Below, piece after piece: positions 60,501-64,000 of a DNA stretch of 64,000 nucleotides (the first letter of the stretch is position 1; each line of letters begins with the position of its first letter). The notes below the pieces were generated by a model. The model ran no database searches. It was not told where the DNA came from and worked only from the letters and a program-made list of their open reading frames with translations. Origin of the DNA: Candidatus Oxydemutator sp. (GTDB lineage Bacteria > Pseudomonadota > Gammaproteobacteria > Poriferisulfidales > Oxydemutatoraceae); the NCBI GenBank assembly GCA_965203445.1, contig OZ241883.1:736001-800000 (forward strand). The letters run 5' to 3'. The position numbers and the translations under genes are program-made.

Positions 60501-63500
60501 CAGGCCGCCCCTTCTGGGACCTCCATCTTGTGAACCCCCGGTCACCTTGCCTATCGAGTAACTGGCACTCACCACCGAACCTGCAACGGCTTCGCCTATC
60601 AGACCACCCGAGTTGTTCCTGGCCGCGTGCACTGCCACGTTCGCGTAACTCGCTATTACCACGCCATGATTGACACCCACCAGACCACCCGCCGACCAAC
60701 CACCCGTTACGCCGCCGCCCGCCACCCAACACGCCGCCACCCTGCCGTCGTTGCGACCCACCAACGCACTCGTAAAAACACTGTCGTCCCCCACGTTCAC
60801 GCGCGCGTTCCTTACGCCCACGTTGCGGATCGTGCCGCCGACGCCCACGGCGCTGAACAATGCCGCGTAATTCAAGTTCGACATCGAAACGATACTCATG
60901 CTGCTTATCACAAAGCCGTTGCCTTCAAAAACCGCGGTGTAATACGCCAACGGACTCCCGCCCCCTATCGGGATCCAGTCATCGCCTGACAAATCCAGGT
61001 CGTTCACCAACTCGTAGCCTTTGCAGCCGCCCGGACACCCGCTTTCGTCGAAAAACGGAAACGCTTCTTCGTAAGCAACCACGTCGTCTCCATCAGCCAC
61101 GCCGCGCAAGCCCATACCGCCCAAGTCATAGCGGATCGCCTTCAACTGCGTCGTCGTCATAACGTCTATCAGATTGTTGTCGTCGGGGTCATAATCGTTC
61201 CCATTCGAGGCGATGACGCTGACGACCGCGGAACTGGCGGCGCTCAGACGCAGCCCGTCCAAACCCCTCGGCTCGCTCAAGCGCACGCGGAACGTCTCTC
61301 TCCCTTCCGATCCGTCGCCATCCTCGATAGCTATCCTGAAAACCGCGCTGTCGGTGCCCGCCAGAACCACCTGCCCGCGCGTCGCCGCGGAAAAGTCGTC
61401 CGCATCGGCGTGGCCCATGCCGACGCCGGTGAACTCCACCGACCAGGTCATCGTCACCGCGGGACCGTAAGCGCCCAATGTCACCGCGTACTCCGCCTCC
61501 GCGCCCTCCAATTTGTTTCCGGCGCCCTGCGACAACGTCACCAATACATTGGCCACCGGGCGCTGCGCCCGGACGCCGGTGGTGTTGCCCTTGGGATAAC
61601 GCGCGCTTACGCCGCGCAACGCCGGATAATCCACATTCGTGCCGAAATCCCACGGGTTGTCGTCGTCCAGCGTCGAAACGCCCATCACCGTGCTCGACGT
61701 ATCGTCCACGTTCAGACCGCTCCAGGCCGCATAAATGCCCTCGGCCGCGATCGGCGAACGCAACGCCCGGCTCGTCTGTACCGCCGACGACGACACGTCC
61801 ACACCGCCCGACGATAAGCCGCTGCGTTGTCTGTCAAAGTAACTGCTCTCTATCGCGCCATCGTTGTGGCCCACCAGACCGCCCATGTCCCTGTCTCGCA
61901 CGCCGCGAACTCGAACATTCTCCAGTTTCACATTTCTCAATGAATAACTCGCTATGATCTTCGCGCCGGGGGCGTTATAACCCACCAGACCACCGGCACC
62001 GGCCGCACCCGTCCCCACCGTCACGTCGGTGTAGCTGGCAATGATCGTTCCCCCATTGAAGGCCACCAGACCACCCACACCCCAACCGCCGATCATATCT
62101 CCATCGGGGTGCCCTCTGCCCGTCACCCAACACGCCGCCACCTTGCCGCCGTAGTTGACCCCCACCAATCCGGCCGTCTGTATACTGCTTGGATGCAAGG
62201 CCACGCGCACGTCCGCCAGGCCCACGTTGCGGATGACACCGCCTACGCCCAAGCCCTGGAACAAGGCCACAAATTGCCAAGGCCTCCCCCCACTGACTAC
62301 TCTCATATTGCTGATAACGTGGCCGTTGCCTTCGAATACTCCTTTGTAAAGGTATTCCTCGGGCAGCCGTTGACCGGGGCCGCGGGCATCGCGTAGCCCG
62401 CTCCCTATCGGTTGCCAAGTCAGGCCCGACAAGTCCAGGTCGTTCAACAATTCGTAGCCGGTGCAGCCGCGCGTACACGTCTCCCCCACGTCAAAAAACG
62501 GATACGCGGCTTCGTACGCGACTACGTCTCCATAATCCACGCCGGCCAGACCTCTGCCTCTCAAATCATGGGTTATCGCCGCCAACTGCGACGTCGTCGC
62601 GACCTCTATCAGACCATCGTCATTTTCGTCGTAGTCCCTACCCTGCGGTGCGATGAAGCTGACGACCGCGGAAGCGGCGACGCTCAAACGAAAGTTGTCC
62701 GCGCCCTGCAAATCAGAAAGCCGCACCCGAAAACGCTCCAGCCGTTCCAACCCGTCGTCCTCTTCGATGGTTATCCTGAAAACCGCGCTGTCGGTATTGA
62801 CCAGAACCACCTCCCCGCTCGTCGCACCGGAAAAATCGGCCGCGGCGGCGTGGCCGGTGCCGGCACCGGTCAGCTCCACCGACCAATTCATCGTAACCGC
62901 GCCGACACTGGGAACGTCAAGTTCCACCGCATACGTCGCCGTCGAACCTTCCGTTGCCAGAACGTCGCCTCGCTGCGATAGCGTCGCCAATACCGGCGGC
63001 TGCAAGCGCCGCTGCACGCCGGCACTCGTGCTGTTGCCGGTGGGATAACGCGCGCTCATGCCGCGCAGCAACGGATATTCCGAACTATTCCCGAAATCCC
63101 ACGGCGCGTCGTTGAAGTCGCCGTCGGCGTCCACATCCAACTTGTCCCAACCGGCGTAGATGCCCATAGCCGACGTCGGGCCGCGCAACTCGGCGGACGT
63201 CCTGGCGGGCGCACTGTTCGACGACGGCATGCTCGTACCGCAGCACGCACTCAACCCGGCGCGCCGGCGGTCAAAGTAGCTTGACTGAAGCTCCAAAAAG
63301 GAAGAATCATTAAACCCTGTCAAACCGCCTCTATGACCTCCCCCGCCGGTCGGAACCCCTATCGTGTAGCTGGCGCTCACTACGGACTGGCCCACGCCCA
63401 CGCCGCCGCTCACGCTGCCTATCAAACCGCCCGCTCTTTGTCCCCGGCCATGCACCGCCACGTCGCTGTAACTGGCAATCACGGTTCCCCCGAAGATCTC

Positions 63501-64000
63501 GCCCACCAGACCGCCTACCGCCCAGGAACCGGTCACCACCCCGCCGACCGCGTAACTCGCCGCTATCCTGCCGTAGGCAGTCCCCGCCAACGCGCCTACC
63601 CCCACGCTTTCAGGCGCATTCACGCTCACGTTCTCCAGACCTACCGAACGGATTTTGCCGCCGGCGCCCAAGATGCCGAACAAGCCCACGTCGTCATAAC
63701 GATCACTGCCGACGGCTCGTGTGAACTTCATGTTCCTGACGACGTGGCCGTTGCCTTCGAATACGGCGTTGTAGCGGGACGACCCCCTGCCTATCGGGAT
63801 CCAGTCATCGCCTGACAAATCCAGGTCGTTCACCAACTCGTAGCCTTTGCAGCCGCCCGGACACCCACTTTCGTCAAAAGACGGAAATGCCTCGTCGTAA
63901 GCGACCATGTCTCCATCAGCCACGCCGCGCAAACCCATACCGCCCAAGTCATAGCGGATCGCCGACAACTGCGACGTCGTCATAACGTCTATCAGATTGT
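57573..64000 (-). CDS. Giant modular protein 3, 5' part outside the window: at least 4 modules plus the same C-terminal domain
   Basis: Frame stays open to the window edge (..NLIDVMTTSQL); ends CRTFSAP like genes 1 and 2. Confidence 0.85.
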   Translation of the reverse strand, partial: NLIDVMTTSQLSAIRYDLGGMGLRGVADGDMVAYDEAFPSFDESGCPGGCKGYELVNDLDLSGDDWIPIGRGSSRYNAVFEGNGHVVRNMKFTRAVGSDRYDDVGLFGILGAGGKIRSVGLENVSVNAPESVGVGALAGTAYGRIAASYAVGGVVTGSWAVGGLVGEIFGGTVIASYSDVAVHGRGQRAGGLIGSVSGGVGVGQSVVSASYTIGVPTGGGGHRGGLTGFNDSSFLELQSSYFDRRRAGLSACCGTSMPSSNSAPARTSAELRGPTSAMGIYAGWDKLDVDADGDFNDAPWDFGNSSEYPLLRGMSARYPTGNSTSAGVQRRLQPPVLATLSQRGDVLATEGSTATYAVELDVPSVGAVTMNWSVELTGAGTGHAAAADFSGATSGEVVLVNTDSAVFRITIEEDDGLERLERFRVRLSDLQGADNFRLSVAASAVVSFIAPQGRDYDENDDGLIEVATTSQLAAITHDLRGRGLAGVDYGDVVAYEAAYPFFDVGETCTRGCTGYELLNDLDLSGLTWQPIGSGLRDARGPGQRLPEEYLYKGVFEGNGHVISNMRVVSGGRPWQFVALFQGLGVGGVIRNVGLADVRVALHPSSIQTAGLVGVNYGGKVAACWVTGRGHPDGDMIGGWGVGGLVAFNGGTIIASYTDVTVGTGAAGAGGLVGYNAPGAKIIASYSLRNVKLENVRVRGVRDRDMGGLVGHNDGAIESSYFDRQRSGLSSGGVDVSSSAVQTSRALRSPIAAEGIYAAWSGLNVDDTSSTVMGVSTLDDDNPWDFGTNVDYPALRGVSARYPKGNTTGVRAQRPVANVLVTLSQGAGNKLEGAEAEYAVTLGAYGPAVTMTWSVEFTGVGMGHADADDFSAATRGQVVLAGTDSAVFRIAIEDGDGSEGRETFRVRLSEPRGLDGLRLSAASSAVVSVIASNGNDYDPDDNNLIDVMTTTQLKAIRYDLGGMGLRGVADGDDVVAYEEAFPFFDESGCPGGCKGYELVNDLDLSGDDWIPIGGGSPLAYYTAVFEGNGFVISSMSIVSMSNLNYAALFSAVGVGGTIRNVGVRNARVNVGDDSVFTSALVGRNDGRVAACWVAGGGVTGGWSAGGLVGVNHGVVIASYANVAVHAARNNSGGLIGEAVAGSVVSASYSIGKVTGGSQDGGPRRGGLVGQRNETDDAVYDVQASYYDRGRSGQTSCCGQRMPSSDAQTSRTSVQLRAPTAAMGIYAGWDKLNVDDTTGTVMGVRTLNDDAPWDFGSGLDYPMLRGVSARYPTGNTTSAGVQRRLQPPVSLTLSQRGADLVTEGQDVEYIVELDVPSVSQLAMSWSVEYTGAGDGHAEALDFDGDRDGLLFLTNTNSVVFRVGIADDGTSERRETFRVRVSGFLTSSALRQRLNVASSAVVSVIAPNGKDYDPDGNNLINVATTSQLAAIRYDLGGAGLRGVADGDVVAYDEAFPFFDEAETCAGGCKGYELSNDVDLSSVRNWTPLGGGNPIKYYTAVFEGNGHVVSNLRIQSSLRLDNAGLFGAVSGVGTIRNVGLRDVSVEVGGGSMHTGALVGRNEGKVAACYVTGGSVKGVSATGGLAGANHGTVLASYAAVGVHADGLRSGGLIGRAAIGSVVSASYSIGRVTGGAHGASTYRGGLVGGRDEADAAEYDVQASYFDHERSGQSSCCGENEPSPDRSSRTSIELRAPTAAVGIYAGWNQLDVDGVASTAMGVVTLNDDAPWDFGSRFDYPALRGVSIRYPGGNTTSIRVQRQRQPSVPVVMLATPAYIRTTESDVELRFEVALSPATAVIGEDVTIHYQVSGTATAGADYRDEDGGMVVMAVGTTRAVIRLRLLDDYVIEPEEELVLRLLRTRGDSVAVATTRFSTVVTIANDDRLVVDAHVYLQGAYGGSRGMSTGLIDVLPRRQPYNVAPWNYPAATTVPHVGEGSGLSGVTSTIVDWVLVEVRTGATADAALASAPTTGGRAAGLLLRDGRIAGINEEAATAADTLFLNGVHFETELPEGQEVYVLVHHRNHLSVISANASAPGGEGCNAGYCVDFRFAQSHGGRQAEVGQGTYAMVAGDVDRNGVVDERDEVLIRVHNLRSLTSLGAGAYRDPDAAGNYAVDADLDFDGEVLSADRCFVLAPGTQGRCRTFSAP

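Noticed and set aside
27414-63815. Many repeated plus-strand ORFs within the giant genes (e.g. 33372-35753, 54528-57290)
   Set aside because: They recur only because the modules repeat; composition is that of a shadow frame
27249-64000. Diversity-generating retroelement as the source of module variation
   Set aside because: No reverse transcriptase or non-coding template repeat; differences are block-wise and not adenine-specific by eye
1-64000. tRNA, rRNA, integrase or transposase genes
   Set aside because: None recognised by eye in intergenic regions or ORFs; tRNAscan-SE/Infernal would be needed to exclude small RNAs

Overview
High-GC gammaproteobacterial-type chromosome segment, probably from a sulfur oxidiser (dsrR and Alvin_2107-like genes); a host-associated lifestyle is inference only. 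Bases 1-27 kb are mostly housekeeping: the isc operon with a perfect IscR box, a small OMP/GT2/XRE insert, suhB, a sulfur-oxidiser accessory cluster, gmk, fdxA, an addB-like nuclease, an acyl-CoA ligase, amgK-murU-nadC, and a Fur-boxed porin/FMN-binding/PepSY operon. Bases 27-64 kb hold a head-to-tail array of three paralogous giant secreted proteins (5473 aa, 4090 aa, >2140 aa). They are built from shuffled ~470-aa modules (Ca-binding-like loop + GLUG-like Gly-rich repeats + Calx-beta-like domain) and share a C-terminal dockerin-like domain. The array looks like a surface-variation system: modules are mosaic within and between genes, a C21 tract puts the likely start of gene 2 out of frame, each copy drags the same decayed pyrE fragment, and a frameshifted tsaD sits between copies 1 and 2. 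Also seen: a 180-bp MITE-like element and repeated leaderless-type promoter spacing. All product calls come from motif recognition by eye; no searches were run.
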